Numbered from the stretch's first letter, positions 47,613 to 57,404 are shown. The stretch is DNA of 64,000 nt from Candidatus Latescibacterota bacterium (GCA_020352495.1 CP070677.1:3059296-3123295), one strand, 5' to 3'. The notes: generated by a model from the sequence alone, not told the origin. Program-made: numbers and translations.

Positions 47613-48665
47613 ATGCGGACCGCTGGATCAATCACCACAAAAATCGCCGTTATCGCGGGTGTATCCGTGCTCACGTTGGCCGTGCATTATGGCTGGTTGT
47701 TGGAGCCGATCTTTGGGCATGTCCACTGGGTCCATGCGATTCACGGGCGGCTTTGTTACATACCAATTGTAATCGCCGCCGCCTGGTTCGGGCTCCGTGG
47801 AGGTTTGATCACAGCCGCTGCAATCTCTCTTCTGGTTCTCCCCTACGTCGTCGGATCGGTTGAGAATTCACGCGACTTGGCGTCTGAAACGGTGGAGATC
47901 GTGTTCTATTTTGCGATAGCCACCCTGGCGGGACTGCTCTTTGATCGAGAACTCAGCGCGCGCCGAAGACGACAAGAAGCAGAGCTGCAGATGGAACGTT
48001 CACAAAAGTTGTCACTCGCCGGTCAGATTGCCGCCGGGGTTGCACACGAGATCAAAAACCCCTTGGCTTCCATAAAAGGAGCCGCCGATATTCTGGCGGA
48101 CGATGGGACGTCACACGAGGATCGCGAAGAATTCAAGGGTATCCTTCGAACCGAAATCAAGCGCATCGACACAACCGTGGCCGAGTTTCTCGAGTTCGCC
48201 CGCCCGAAGGAATCGAGACTCCGGAAGATCAATCTGACCGACACGCTTCGAAGTACGATACGGCAAATCGAAACCCACGCCAAACGGCAACACGTCTCGA
48301 TCGACTCCCAGCTGGAGGACGGCATCATCGTCAAAGGCGATCCGGACAAGCTGCACCAGATGACTCTCAATCTTGTGTTAAACGCCATTCAGGCGTCCCG
48401 CGAGGGTGACTTAATCAACGTAAATTTGAAAACTTCAACCGGCGCGGCGGCACAGCTTACCGTCACGGATTCCGGCGTCGGCATAGCCAAATCGGACATC
48501 GAACATGTTTTTGAACCATTTTTCACGACAAAAACGAGCGGCACGGGATTGGGGCTTGCCATAGTCAAAACCATTGTAGACGGTCACCGGGGTGATATAT
48601 CCATCGAAAGCAGGGAACACCACGGAACGACAATAACCGTCACGCTTCCTTTATATACGGAGTGA
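47613..48665 (+). CDS. membrane sensor histidine kinase (HisKA + HATPase_c)
   Basis: The start is uncertain (the track ORF begins at 47424). The ATG at 47613 precedes the first TM helix. His/Cys-rich membrane segment GHVHWVHAIHGRLCY. H-box GVAHEIKNPL. N, G1 and G2 boxes are present. Confidence 0.75.
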   Translation: MRTAGSITTKIAVIAGVSVLTLAVHYGWLLEPIFGHVHWVHAIHGRLCYIPIVIAAAWFGLRGGLITAAAISLLVLPYVVGSVENSRDLASETVEIVFYFAIATLAGLLFDRELSARRRRQEAELQMERSQKLSLAGQIAAGVAHEIKNPLASIKGAADILADDGTSHEDREEFKGILRTEIKRIDTTVAEFLEFARPKESRLRKINLTDTLRSTIRQIETHAKRQHVSIDSQLEDGIIVKGDPDKLHQMTLNLVLNAIQASREGDLINVNLKTSTGAAAQLTVTDSGVGIAKSDIEHVFEPFFTTKTSGTGLGLAIVKTIVDGHRGDISIESREHHGTTITVTLPLYTE

Positions 48666-48674
48666 GAATTTGCC

Positions 48675-50039
48675 ATGAAGATTCTACTCGCAGACGATGA
48701 CAACTCATTACGAAGAGTCGTTCAATTCAAGTTGAAACAGCATGGCCACGACGTGACCACGGTCGAGGACGGTCAACAGGCGCTCGGTCGGATCAAAAAA
48801 GATCGATGGGATCTTCTCCTGTCTGATATTCGAATGCCCAACGTCGACGGGATCGAGCTACTCCAACAGGCGAGACAACTCCAGCCTGATCTAAAGGTGA
48901 TACTGATCACCGCCTACGCCACCGTCTCTCAGGCGGTGCAGGCGGTCAAACTCGGCGCGTTCGACTACATTACAAAACCATTCGAGGACGATGAGCTTTT
49001 TGCCGCCATCGACAAGGCGGCGGCTTTTCGAAAACTCGAGACCGAGAACAAACGTCTCAGAGGCCGTTTGGAACAAAGCGAGCGCACGGGGAAGCTTCTT
49101 GGTGTTTCAAGACCGTTCAAAGACATGATGTCGATCGTTGACAAAATCGCAGCGACCGATGCCACTGTCCTACTCACCGGGCCATCCGGCACGGGAAAGG
49201 AACTCGTCGCCCGAACGATTCATACAAAGAGCACGCGTGCCGACGGCGATTTCGTGGCGATCAACTGTGGCGCGATACCATCGGAGCTTGTCGAGTCCGA
49301 GCTTTTTGGCCACAAAAAGGGAGCATTTACCGGAGCTGTAAACGACAAGAAAGGGAAATTCGAGCTTGCTGAGGGCGGAACGATTTTATTGGACGAGGTA
49401 GGTGAACTCCCGAACGAGCTTCAGGTAAAACTCCTGCGTGTCCTTCAAGAACGGGTTGTCGAACCCGTTGGCTCCGAAGAGTTGAGACAAATCGATGTTC
49501 GAGTTATCGGCGCCACGAACGCCGATTTGCAGATGCGGGTTGCCAAGGGTGAGTTTCGAGAGGATTTGTTTTACCGTCTCAACGTCATTCCCATTCGGGT
49601 CCCAAGCCTCGCGGATCGGAGGGAAGACATCCCGATCCTTGTGAAGGAATTTGTGGACAGGTACGCACCCGGTGACAAAGTGGTCGTTTCACGCGAACTC
49701 ATCGGCCGACTCGAAGAATACTCTTGGCCCGGTAACATCCGCGAACTCGAAAACCTGATAGAAAGAATGGTGATCCTCCGCATATCCGATGAATTGTCGA
49801 TCAGGGACCTCCCAACTGATTTTGGCGAGACAGGGATCGATGCGGTTGGATCCCCCGTCGCAGATCGGCCACTCCACCTCACCTTCCACGAGGCAGAAGA
49901 AAAAATGGTAAGAGAGGCTCTCGACAGGTGCGGATGGAATCGAACACGCGCGGCAAAATACCTAGACATCCCCCGCCACGTGCTGCTCTACCGAATGAAG
50001 AAATACAAGATCGAAGAAGAACGTTCTCGCCAGGACTGA
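48675..50039 (+). CDS. sigma54-dependent response regulator (REC + AAA+ + Fis HTH; NtrC/ZraR-like)
   Basis: Phosphoacceptor DLLLSDIRMP. Walker A GPSGTGKE. GAFTGA sigma54-contact motif. C-terminal HTH RAAKYLDIPRHVLLYRMKKY. Confidence 0.9.
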   Translation: MKILLADDDNSLRRVVQFKLKQHGHDVTTVEDGQQALGRIKKDRWDLLLSDIRMPNVDGIELLQQARQLQPDLKVILITAYATVSQAVQAVKLGAFDYITKPFEDDELFAAIDKAAAFRKLETENKRLRGRLEQSERTGKLLGVSRPFKDMMSIVDKIAATDATVLLTGPSGTGKELVARTIHTKSTRADGDFVAINCGAIPSELVESELFGHKKGAFTGAVNDKKGKFELAEGGTILLDEVGELPNELQVKLLRVLQERVVEPVGSEELRQIDVRVIGATNADLQMRVAKGEFREDLFYRLNVIPIRVPSLADRREDIPILVKEFVDRYAPGDKVVVSRELIGRLEEYSWPGNIRELENLIERMVILRISDELSIRDLPTDFGETGIDAVGSPVADRPLHLTFHEAEEKMVREALDRCGWNRTRAAKYLDIPRHVLLYRMKKYKIEEERSRQD

Positions 50040-50169
50040 TTGGTGAGCTGTCGGCGAGCTCGATCAATGTGCGCGACCCCGCCGGGCGGCTCACACGGAT
50101 CGTACCAATACGCTTCATACGAGTCGAATCGATCCTGACCAGTGAGGTCGTTTATCAGATGTTTCTCTT

Positions 50170-51099
50170 CTACTCGGGCGTTGTCTCGTCCCCTGTCTCT
50201 TCTTCTTTTGTTTTGTGTTCACCGGCCCGTTCCCCCTCGCTGACCTGTTGCTCATCTGGTGGGCGTATGTTCTCATTCTTTTGTTCGTCTTGTTTTCTGT
50301 TCCTATGCAGGATCTCCTCACAGAGATGGAGATAATCCTCCGCGCCATGACTCCTCGGCCGATAAGTGAAGATGTCGGCGCCGCATCTAGGAGCCTCTGC
50401 GAGGGCGATGTTCTCGCGAATCGTTGTCTCGAACGGCACCCCACCGAGCTTCTCCTGGAGCTCGGCGACAATTTCCCTGTTGAGAATCTTCCGGCCGTCA
50501 TACCGGGTTACAATGATACCGGCGAGTTCAAGACCGGGGTTTAGCCGTTTTCGCACCACGTCGATCATATGCTCCAGCTTGTCCAGGCTTTCCAACGCAA
50601 GATACTCGGCCTGAACCGGAATGACGACCTTGGTCGCGGCCACGAGCGCGTTGACGGCGAGTAGCCCCAGGCTTGGCGGACAGTCGATGAGGATACCATC
50701 GAACTCCCCCGAGTACTCGGCGAGCACGTCCCGAAGCAAGCACTCTTTGCCCCTTACGTTTGCCAACGTCGCCTCAGCCCCGGCAAGGCTCAGGTTTGAG
50801 GGGATGACCCCCACAGAGAGCTCCCCTTCCCGGTCCGCAAAACGGATTTTTGCCCCGAGGCGTCTTCGAACGACCACGTCTTCGACGCTTGCCTCACCTC
50901 GTATGACTTCGTAGATGGTTCCCCTTACCTCGTGGTCCAATATACGGAGAGAGTGGGTCAAGTGGGCCTGCGGATCAAAATCGATGAGCAGGACGCGTTC
51001 ACCTAGGATCGCAAGCCCGGCGCCGATGTTTACCACAGATGTTGTTTTGCCCACACCACCTTTTTGACTGAGGAACGCCACCGTTTCGGTTTTGCGCAT
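50170..51099 (-). CDS. ParA/Soj-family P-loop ATPase with charged C-terminal tail, orphan (no parB)
   Basis: Trimmed to the ATG at 51099 (GGTGGA upstream). Deviant Walker A SQKGGVGKTT. The 55-aa tail is rich in E/K/Q (RNRKQDEQKNENIRPPDEQQVSEGERAGEHKTKEEETGDETTPE). Confidence 0.85.
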   Translation of the reverse strand: MRKTETVAFLSQKGGVGKTTSVVNIGAGLAILGERVLLIDFDPQAHLTHSLRILDHEVRGTIYEVIRGEASVEDVVVRRRLGAKIRFADREGELSVGVIPSNLSLAGAEATLANVRGKECLLRDVLAEYSGEFDGILIDCPPSLGLLAVNALVAATKVVIPVQAEYLALESLDKLEHMIDVVRKRLNPGLELAGIIVTRYDGRKILNREIVAELQEKLGGVPFETTIRENIALAEAPRCGADIFTYRPRSHGAEDYLHLCEEILHRNRKQDEQKNENIRPPDEQQVSEGERAGEHKTKEEETGDETTPE

Positions 51100-51378
51100 G
51101 CTTCCACCTGTCGTTCCCACGCCGTGCACAGAACTCCACGTGCACGCGTCACTTATCCGGAGCACAGGGCCTATCGGGCCTATTGTGAAGAGTCTGTATA
51201 CGATGCGCGCAATGTTCACAAGAACAATTTTTTCTCGTATCCGGTGTGGGTTGACAGGAGTGTCGCATTATGACGGAGAAGATTCCCGGGAGGAGAACCA
51301 CGAGATGGTTGTACTCGAGGATTTCTGGATGACGGGATTAGCGCTCCAAGAACGAGTTCGGGGAATTCGGCACTCGTA

Positions 51379-54306
51379 TCAGGAATCGGTTTTCAACGAG
51401 GTCAATCGGCGGCGTGCATCCGCCAATTGCCATAGATTTTCGTCCGCGTCCGACCACATCTCAAGAAATGTGGTGTATTCCTGAACCGCATCGGCGGGAC
51501 GCCCCATTTCGTCGTAAATCTTTCCCAATTCATAGTGTGACAAAGCGTGCGCCCCATAGATGCGAAGCAGGTCCTGGTTCACCCGGGCGGCCTCCTCCAA
51601 CTGACCGTCCATCCGGTAGGCCATTGCCCGGGCTTCTCTGAACTCGATGTCGTAGAGCCCTCCATAGAATACGCCGCGTTGTTTGATCTCCTCCAGCGCC
51701 CGGAGAGCCGACTGTGGATCGTTCGAGGCAAGTTCTATCTCCGCGGTTATCTTGAGAGTGAGGAACCGCACGAGACCACCCCCACGATCTTCCATCGCGC
51801 GAAGCTCTACTACCGCCACACGTGCGGCTTCCACTGAATCTAGTGCGGCCAGCGACCTCGCTCGATAGCGCGCAGCCATCATCCGCGCGTAACGTGAGTC
51901 GTCGCGGCTCTCGAGCTGTCGGGCCCATTCGAGCACGTCGTCCGCACGTCCCATTCTCAACAAAAAAAGGTTTCGTTGGCTCTCCAGCCGTGTTACCGAT
52001 TCCAGACCGGAAAGGTCTTGTCGGGCTTCTTCAAATAGATCGAGCGCCTTCTCGAATCGCCCCGCCTCGGCGTGAAGGAGTGAAAGACCAGGCCAAAAAG
52101 CGCTGTTTACAAGAATGGGCAATCGCTCGCCGACCCCGAGATCCCTCTCGATCAGTATCTGCTCGAAGATGTCAATGGCCCCCTCGACATCACCCCTGCT
52201 GTACGCGCAATACCCAAGACCTTGTTGAGACGACAGGAAGTCGGGATCGATCTCAAGCGCTTTGCGAAAAGCCGATTCCGCGCTGTCGGGGAGACCCGCC
52301 TCCAAATATCGCAATGCCAGCTCGTCCCACGCATTCGGGTTATTCGGATGCTGATCGATGTACGAGCGGGCCACTGCAATTGCTTCATCCGCAGGGCCCG
52401 TGATTCCGAGACACGTCCCGTAGGTGATACCAAAGAATAGATCGTCGGGGTAGAGCTCGAACCCTTGCTTGGCGATCTTCTTCGCCTCATCGAAATCCCA
52501 AAACTGGTAGAGGATTTCGCTGAGGTCGGTGAGACCCCTGCGATCATCCGGCCAACGCGCAAGCAGCTCCTTGAATGTGCCCATGGCACCTTCCAGCCGA
52601 TAATCTAATTGGTGCCGCCATGCTTCCAGACGCAGCCGGTCTTTTATACCAAGCCGCATTCGCAGCTCCCACGCCTTGTCGGCGTAATCACGTGGGATCT
52701 CGACTTCCGAAGCGTCTGACTTTAGCGAGTACTGGACACGGCTGAGCTCGAAGAACGCCAGAGCGAAGGTAGAATCGAGCCGCACGGCAAGCTCCAGTTC
52801 GAGAGCTGCCTCGAGCAGACGATTCTCTCCAAACGCCCGAACTCCCGCCACATAATGCCGATGAGCTTCCGGCGAGGATGTGGTGAGCGCAGTGACGGAC
52901 CATGGTGGGCTCGTAACCTCGACCCCGCTCTCGCTCGCGAGAAGAGGTATTACTTCGGCGATGATCTGGTCGGCGAGAAAGACAATGTCGTCTCCGTCCA
53001 CACGACGTGCGGCGAAGTTTCTACCGGTGCGGGTGTCAACCAACCGCCAGGTCACGTACGGGCTGCCTCTCGCCCTGGATATCTGTCCCGATAGGAGCAT
53101 CGTCGCCCCTGCCTGGCGCGCTACCTCGAGCGCCTGGTTTTGATTGATAGGGCCTTGCTCATCGCCGAACAACCGGCGACGCAGATCGTACAGATACTCG
53201 GGACTCACTACACGGACAGGGCTGCTCTCTACGAGCCCGACATTTACGAGACCCGTCATTCCGGCGGACACCGTGGGATCCTCAACGCTCGCCAGATCCC
53301 GAAAGTCCATCACGGCAAGAGCCAGACCCTCATCCGACGATGGCGCAAGATGCCGCCACAAGAGCAACGAAACGCCGATGAGCGCGACGGCGGCCACACC
53401 CGCGATAACGACCACGCCTCTGCGTCCTACCTCCGTTCTAAATCTCCGTGCACGGGCGGTTTTCAACCGGCGCACCGGTTCACCGGTGTCCAGGGTCGCG
53501 AGCAATATCTCCAGGTCGTTCACCAGATCCGCTGCGTTTTGATGCCGTTTTTCCACATCCTTTTGCAGAGCTTTGTCAACGATTTGTCCCAACGCTTCGG
53601 GAATATCACTTCTAGATGTGGAGAGCGGCTCAGGGTCTTTGTGGACGATCCCGTACAGAATGGCGGCTTCATGATCGCCTCCAAAGGGAGGTCGGCCTGC
53701 CAGCAGCTCATAAAGAACTAGGCCCAAAGAGAAGACGTCCGAACGCACGTCCACTTCTTCACCCCGTGCCTGTTCAGGCGACATGTAGGACACAGTTCCG
53801 AGAGTGGTTCCGGTCTTGGTGAATTTCGTCGTCCCCGCAAGCTTTGCCAGACCAAAGTCCAAAAGCTTGACTTGGCCGTCGTCGGTGACAAAAACATTGC
53901 CCGGTTTGACATCCCGGTGAACGATACCTTTGTCGTGTGCCACGGCAAGCCCGGACGCTACTTGACGCACGATGTCGATCGCATCCTCAATGCCAAAAGG
54001 TCCGTTCTCGAGCTTCTTGTCAAGGGGTTCCCCTTCATAATGGGGCATGACGATAAACGTCTGTCCTTCGGGGGTCTCGTCGATCTCGTGGATGGCACAG
54101 ATGTTTGGGTGGTCCAAAGATGAGGCGGATTTGGCTTCGTGGATAAATCGTCTCTTTGCGTCCTCGTCGGTATCCTGTTGACTCGGTAGAAACTTCATGG
54201 CAACGAAACGGTCGAGCTTGAGGTCTCGGGCCTTGTAGACGACACCCATTCCTCCTTCACCGAGTCTCTCAAGGATTTTATAATGCGATACGATGCGGCC
54301 GATCAT
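51379..54306 (-). CDS. Ser/Thr protein kinase with TM segment, TolB-N-like module and long TPR array (975 aa)
   Basis: MIGRIVSHYKILERLGEGGMGVVYKARD, HRDVKPGN, DFGLAK. TM helix VVVIAGVAAVALIGVSLLLW. C-terminal TPRs. Confidence 0.85.
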   Translation of the reverse strand: MIGRIVSHYKILERLGEGGMGVVYKARDLKLDRFVAMKFLPSQQDTDEDAKRRFIHEAKSASSLDHPNICAIHEIDETPEGQTFIVMPHYEGEPLDKKLENGPFGIEDAIDIVRQVASGLAVAHDKGIVHRDVKPGNVFVTDDGQVKLLDFGLAKLAGTTKFTKTGTTLGTVSYMSPEQARGEEVDVRSDVFSLGLVLYELLAGRPPFGGDHEAAILYGIVHKDPEPLSTSRSDIPEALGQIVDKALQKDVEKRHQNAADLVNDLEILLATLDTGEPVRRLKTARARRFRTEVGRRGVVVIAGVAAVALIGVSLLLWRHLAPSSDEGLALAVMDFRDLASVEDPTVSAGMTGLVNVGLVESSPVRVVSPEYLYDLRRRLFGDEQGPINQNQALEVARQAGATMLLSGQISRARGSPYVTWRLVDTRTGRNFAARRVDGDDIVFLADQIIAEVIPLLASESGVEVTSPPWSVTALTTSSPEAHRHYVAGVRAFGENRLLEAALELELAVRLDSTFALAFFELSRVQYSLKSDASEVEIPRDYADKAWELRMRLGIKDRLRLEAWRHQLDYRLEGAMGTFKELLARWPDDRRGLTDLSEILYQFWDFDEAKKIAKQGFELYPDDLFFGITYGTCLGITGPADEAIAVARSYIDQHPNNPNAWDELALRYLEAGLPDSAESAFRKALEIDPDFLSSQQGLGYCAYSRGDVEGAIDIFEQILIERDLGVGERLPILVNSAFWPGLSLLHAEAGRFEKALDLFEEARQDLSGLESVTRLESQRNLFLLRMGRADDVLEWARQLESRDDSRYARMMAARYRARSLAALDSVEAARVAVVELRAMEDRGGGLVRFLTLKITAEIELASNDPQSALRALEEIKQRGVFYGGLYDIEFREARAMAYRMDGQLEEAARVNQDLLRIYGAHALSHYELGKIYDEMGRPADAVQEYTTFLEMWSDADENLWQLADARRRLTSLKTDS

Positions 54307-54616
54307 GGGACACCATCCAATGCCACGCTAAAGAAAGACATACAAACAGCTGTGTTGTCGTGTTCTCAGCGCTGCTGTTCACAAGCGATGGTAGCCCCCG
54401 TGGCGCTGGCCCTTCAATCCAAAAGACGCGGGCAGGACCACCGTGAACGTAACGGAAGAACACGCCACGTCGACCCAAGGCACACCGCAATTGTTGGCCC
54501 GATCCGCGGTATTCCCCACCCACAAGAGGAGACAAACAGGTTGCTCAAAGGGTTCGGTCGACATGAATCGTGCCCGACGTCCCGGATCGGCCCATAAGAT
54601 GGTGAAAAAAAACCTT

Positions 54617-54645
54617 TTCCCAGCTCGAACCACCCGTGTTATAAT
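54617..54645 (+). promoter_or_regulatory. candidate extended -10 sigma70 promoter for the cytochrome gene (TTCCCA-N17-TGtTATAAT)
   Basis: TATAAT at 54640-54645 with TG at 54637-38. A weak -35 at 54617-22. About 78 nt upstream of the ATG; AAGGAG RBS at 54709-14. Confidence 0.4.
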
Positions 54646-54722
54646 CACCGAGTCTCCCACTCAATTGCCCTTTCGGCACTCAATCACTCCGCGCCTTTGT
54701 CTCTGTCAAAGGAGCCCCTGCC

Positions 54723-57386
54723 ATGCGAGCCCGTAGTCGTCTTTTACCCGTTTTGTTCTCAATACTCATCGCGTTGCTGATCACATCCGATGCCTACACC
54801 CGAAACCCTATCCGCAATGCATTCTTTAACGTGTACCCGGGAGCGGAAGGATCGAGACTCGACGACCTTCCAAGCAACGCCGGTCACTGCGGTCTTTGTC
54901 ACTACGATTTCGATGGGGGTGGAACCCGTAACTGGTACGGCGCCGCCGTCGAGGTCGCACGTCAAAGCGCCGGCACCGATGAAGAAGCCATCAGCGTGGT
55001 CGCATTGTTCGATCAGGATAACGACGGATATTTGAGCGAAACCGAGATCACCGATCTTGTGAACTTCGCCAACACACCGACGTTTCCCGGTCTTGCCGCA
55101 GGCGACACCAACCTGGTGGCCAACGTCGACCTCTCAGACATACGCGATTATCTGACACCGTCCGGATCCACTGATACGACACCGCCCGACGTCACCGTGC
55201 TCACTCCCGCCGGTGGTGAGAACTGGAACGCCTTGTCGACTCACTCGGTCACATGGACGGCAACCGACGCCAGCGGCATCGCGCACGTCGATATTTATCA
55301 TTCGGACGACAACGGTATGACGTTCAAGCAGGTCGGTATGAACGAACCCAACGATGGGAGCTTTGACTGGTTTGTTCCCAACCGCCCCGGTGTGTCGAAT
55401 ATCATCCGTGTCGTCGCCCGTGACAATCCGGGCAACTATGGCTCCAACTGGAGCGCGTCGTTTTCGATCACCGGGACCCTTGGTGGTCTGGCACCCACGA
55501 CGATGCGTGACATGGATCTCCCCGGGTCGCAGCCGTTCGAAGCACGAACATTCGAGGACCCGGATGCCAACTGCAAGACCTGCCACGGCGAATACAACTA
55601 TCTCGTCGAGCCTTGGTACCAGTGGAAGGGCAGCATGATGGGACAGGCGATGAGGGATCCGCTCTTCCTGGCATGTGTGGCGATTGCCGAGCAGGACGCG
55701 CCGTCGGTCGGCGATTTGTGTCTGCGGTGTCATTCACCGGGTGGTTGGCTCGAAGGCCGTTCGGTCGACACCGGCGGTGGTTTGATGACGGCAAAAGACC
55801 GGCAAGGTATCCACTGTGACTTCTGTCACCGGGCCGTCGACCCGATATATGAAGCTGGAATCAGCCCGGCAGAGGACCAGGCGGTGCTCGATTCGCTTTC
55901 CACCGGGCCACCACTCGTGTCCGCAAATGGTCAATTTGTGGCCGACCCGGCGCCGATAAGACGTGGCCCATATGACGACGCCATCGCGAGTCACGCGTTT
56001 CTCGAGTCTCCTTATCATCGTGAAGCCGACATATGCGGCACGTGTCACGATGTGAGCAACCCCGTTTACGTAGCCGGTGCGACACCGGGCGATTATGTGC
56101 TGAACTCGTTTGACACACCGCACCCCGATGGCGACTTGCGCAACATGTTCCCGATCGAGCGCACATACAGTGAGTGGACGGAGACCGCCTATGCGAAGGG
56201 TGGTGTATTCGCCCCACAGTTCGCCGGCGCCAAACCTGACGGTATCGTGTCGACTTGTCAGGACTGTCATATGCGTGACATTGCGGGTAAAGGCTGCAGC
56301 GAGCCCGGCTCGCCGAGCCGTTCAGACCTACCGTTGCACGATCTGACCGGTGGCAATCACTTTATCGGGGACATCCTTCCATCGTTTTTCCCCACCGAGG
56401 TAGATTCGGCTCATCTGAACGCCGCCAAACAGAGGGCCATCTCTATGCTTCAGCTGGCGGCCACGATGGCGCTGGCAACCGGTCAGGTGAGCAACCAGCC
56501 GACCGTCACGGTGACGATCACCAACGAGACGGGCCACAAGCTCCCATCGGGGTATCCCGAAGGCCGCCGGATCTGGCTCAATCTGAAGGCGTACGACAGC
56601 GAGAATAACCTGATCTACGAATCCGGTGTGTACGACCCGGTGACCGGGGTCCTCACCAAGGACGCTGACATAAAGGTCTATGAGATCAAGCCTGGACTCT
56701 CTCCGGCTCTCGGAACGGCCCTTGGATTACCAGCAGGTGAATCGTTCCACTTTGTCGTGAACGATACGGTGTACAGTGATAACCGGATCCCACCGAGGGG
56801 ATTCACCAACGCGTCGTTCGAGACGATTCAATCGCCGCCGGTGGCTTACGCGTACGCGGACAGCCAGTACTGGGACGAGACGACGTATCTTCTCCCTGCT
56901 GAGGCGGTCTTCGCCGAGGCGACACTCTACTACCAGACAGTCTCCAAAGAGTACATCGAGTTCCTCCGCGATGAGAACGTCACGAATACCGCAGGCTTAG
57001 ATCTCTACAATGCATGGGTTGCGCAGGGCAGGTGCGCACCCGTGGCGATGGTATCCGACTTTACCAACATCGAGATCGATCCGAGCGGCATCGGGGACAT
57101 ACCAAGAATGGAGACCGCTCTGTATCAGAACGCGCCAAACCCGTTCAACCCCTCCACCACGATCCGTTACTCGCTTAGCGAGCGTCAGCGGGTAACGATA
57201 CAGGTCTATGATGTGGCGGGACGCCTGGTCCGGACCCTCGTCGACGACGAGCGTCCTGCCGGTGTGCAAAAAGTCCAATGGCACGGCGTGAACGACCACG
57301 GAGAACGGGTTGCGTCCGGTGTCTACTTCTTTGTGATGCGGGCAAACGGATTCAAGGATGTAAAGAAGGCCGTGTTCCTGAAGTAG
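54723..57386 (+). CDS. six-heme c-type cytochrome with EF-hand loop, Ig-like domain and T9SS C-terminal sorting domain
   Basis: Signal peptide. Six CxxCH motifs (CGLCH, CKTCH, CLRCH, CDFCH, CGTCH, CQDCH). EF-hand loop DQDNDGYLSETE. C-terminal sorting domain NAPNPFNPSTTIRYSL...GVYFFVMRANGFKDVKKAVFLK. Confidence 0.8.
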   Translation: MRARSRLLPVLFSILIALLITSDAYTRNPIRNAFFNVYPGAEGSRLDDLPSNAGHCGLCHYDFDGGGTRNWYGAAVEVARQSAGTDEEAISVVALFDQDNDGYLSETEITDLVNFANTPTFPGLAAGDTNLVANVDLSDIRDYLTPSGSTDTTPPDVTVLTPAGGENWNALSTHSVTWTATDASGIAHVDIYHSDDNGMTFKQVGMNEPNDGSFDWFVPNRPGVSNIIRVVARDNPGNYGSNWSASFSITGTLGGLAPTTMRDMDLPGSQPFEARTFEDPDANCKTCHGEYNYLVEPWYQWKGSMMGQAMRDPLFLACVAIAEQDAPSVGDLCLRCHSPGGWLEGRSVDTGGGLMTAKDRQGIHCDFCHRAVDPIYEAGISPAEDQAVLDSLSTGPPLVSANGQFVADPAPIRRGPYDDAIASHAFLESPYHREADICGTCHDVSNPVYVAGATPGDYVLNSFDTPHPDGDLRNMFPIERTYSEWTETAYAKGGVFAPQFAGAKPDGIVSTCQDCHMRDIAGKGCSEPGSPSRSDLPLHDLTGGNHFIGDILPSFFPTEVDSAHLNAAKQRAISMLQLAATMALATGQVSNQPTVTVTITNETGHKLPSGYPEGRRIWLNLKAYDSENNLIYESGVYDPVTGVLTKDADIKVYEIKPGLSPALGTALGLPAGESFHFVVNDTVYSDNRIPPRGFTNASFETIQSPPVAYAYADSQYWDETTYLLPAEAVFAEATLYYQTVSKEYIEFLRDENVTNTAGLDLYNAWVAQGRCAPVAMVSDFTNIEIDPSGIGDIPRMETALYQNAPNPFNPSTTIRYSLSERQRVTIQVYDVAGRLVRTLVDDERPAGVQKVQWHGVNDHGERVASGVYFFVMRANGFKDVKKAVFLK

Positions 57387-57404
57387 ACATTTGCCGTGTT
57401 GACG

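Noticed and set aside
51167-51183. Direct repeat GGGCCTAT-C-GGGCCTAT and twin GTGCAC hexamers (51124-51149) upstream of parA.
   Set aside because: Too short to distinguish from chance, and no second copy or parS-like palindrome is present.
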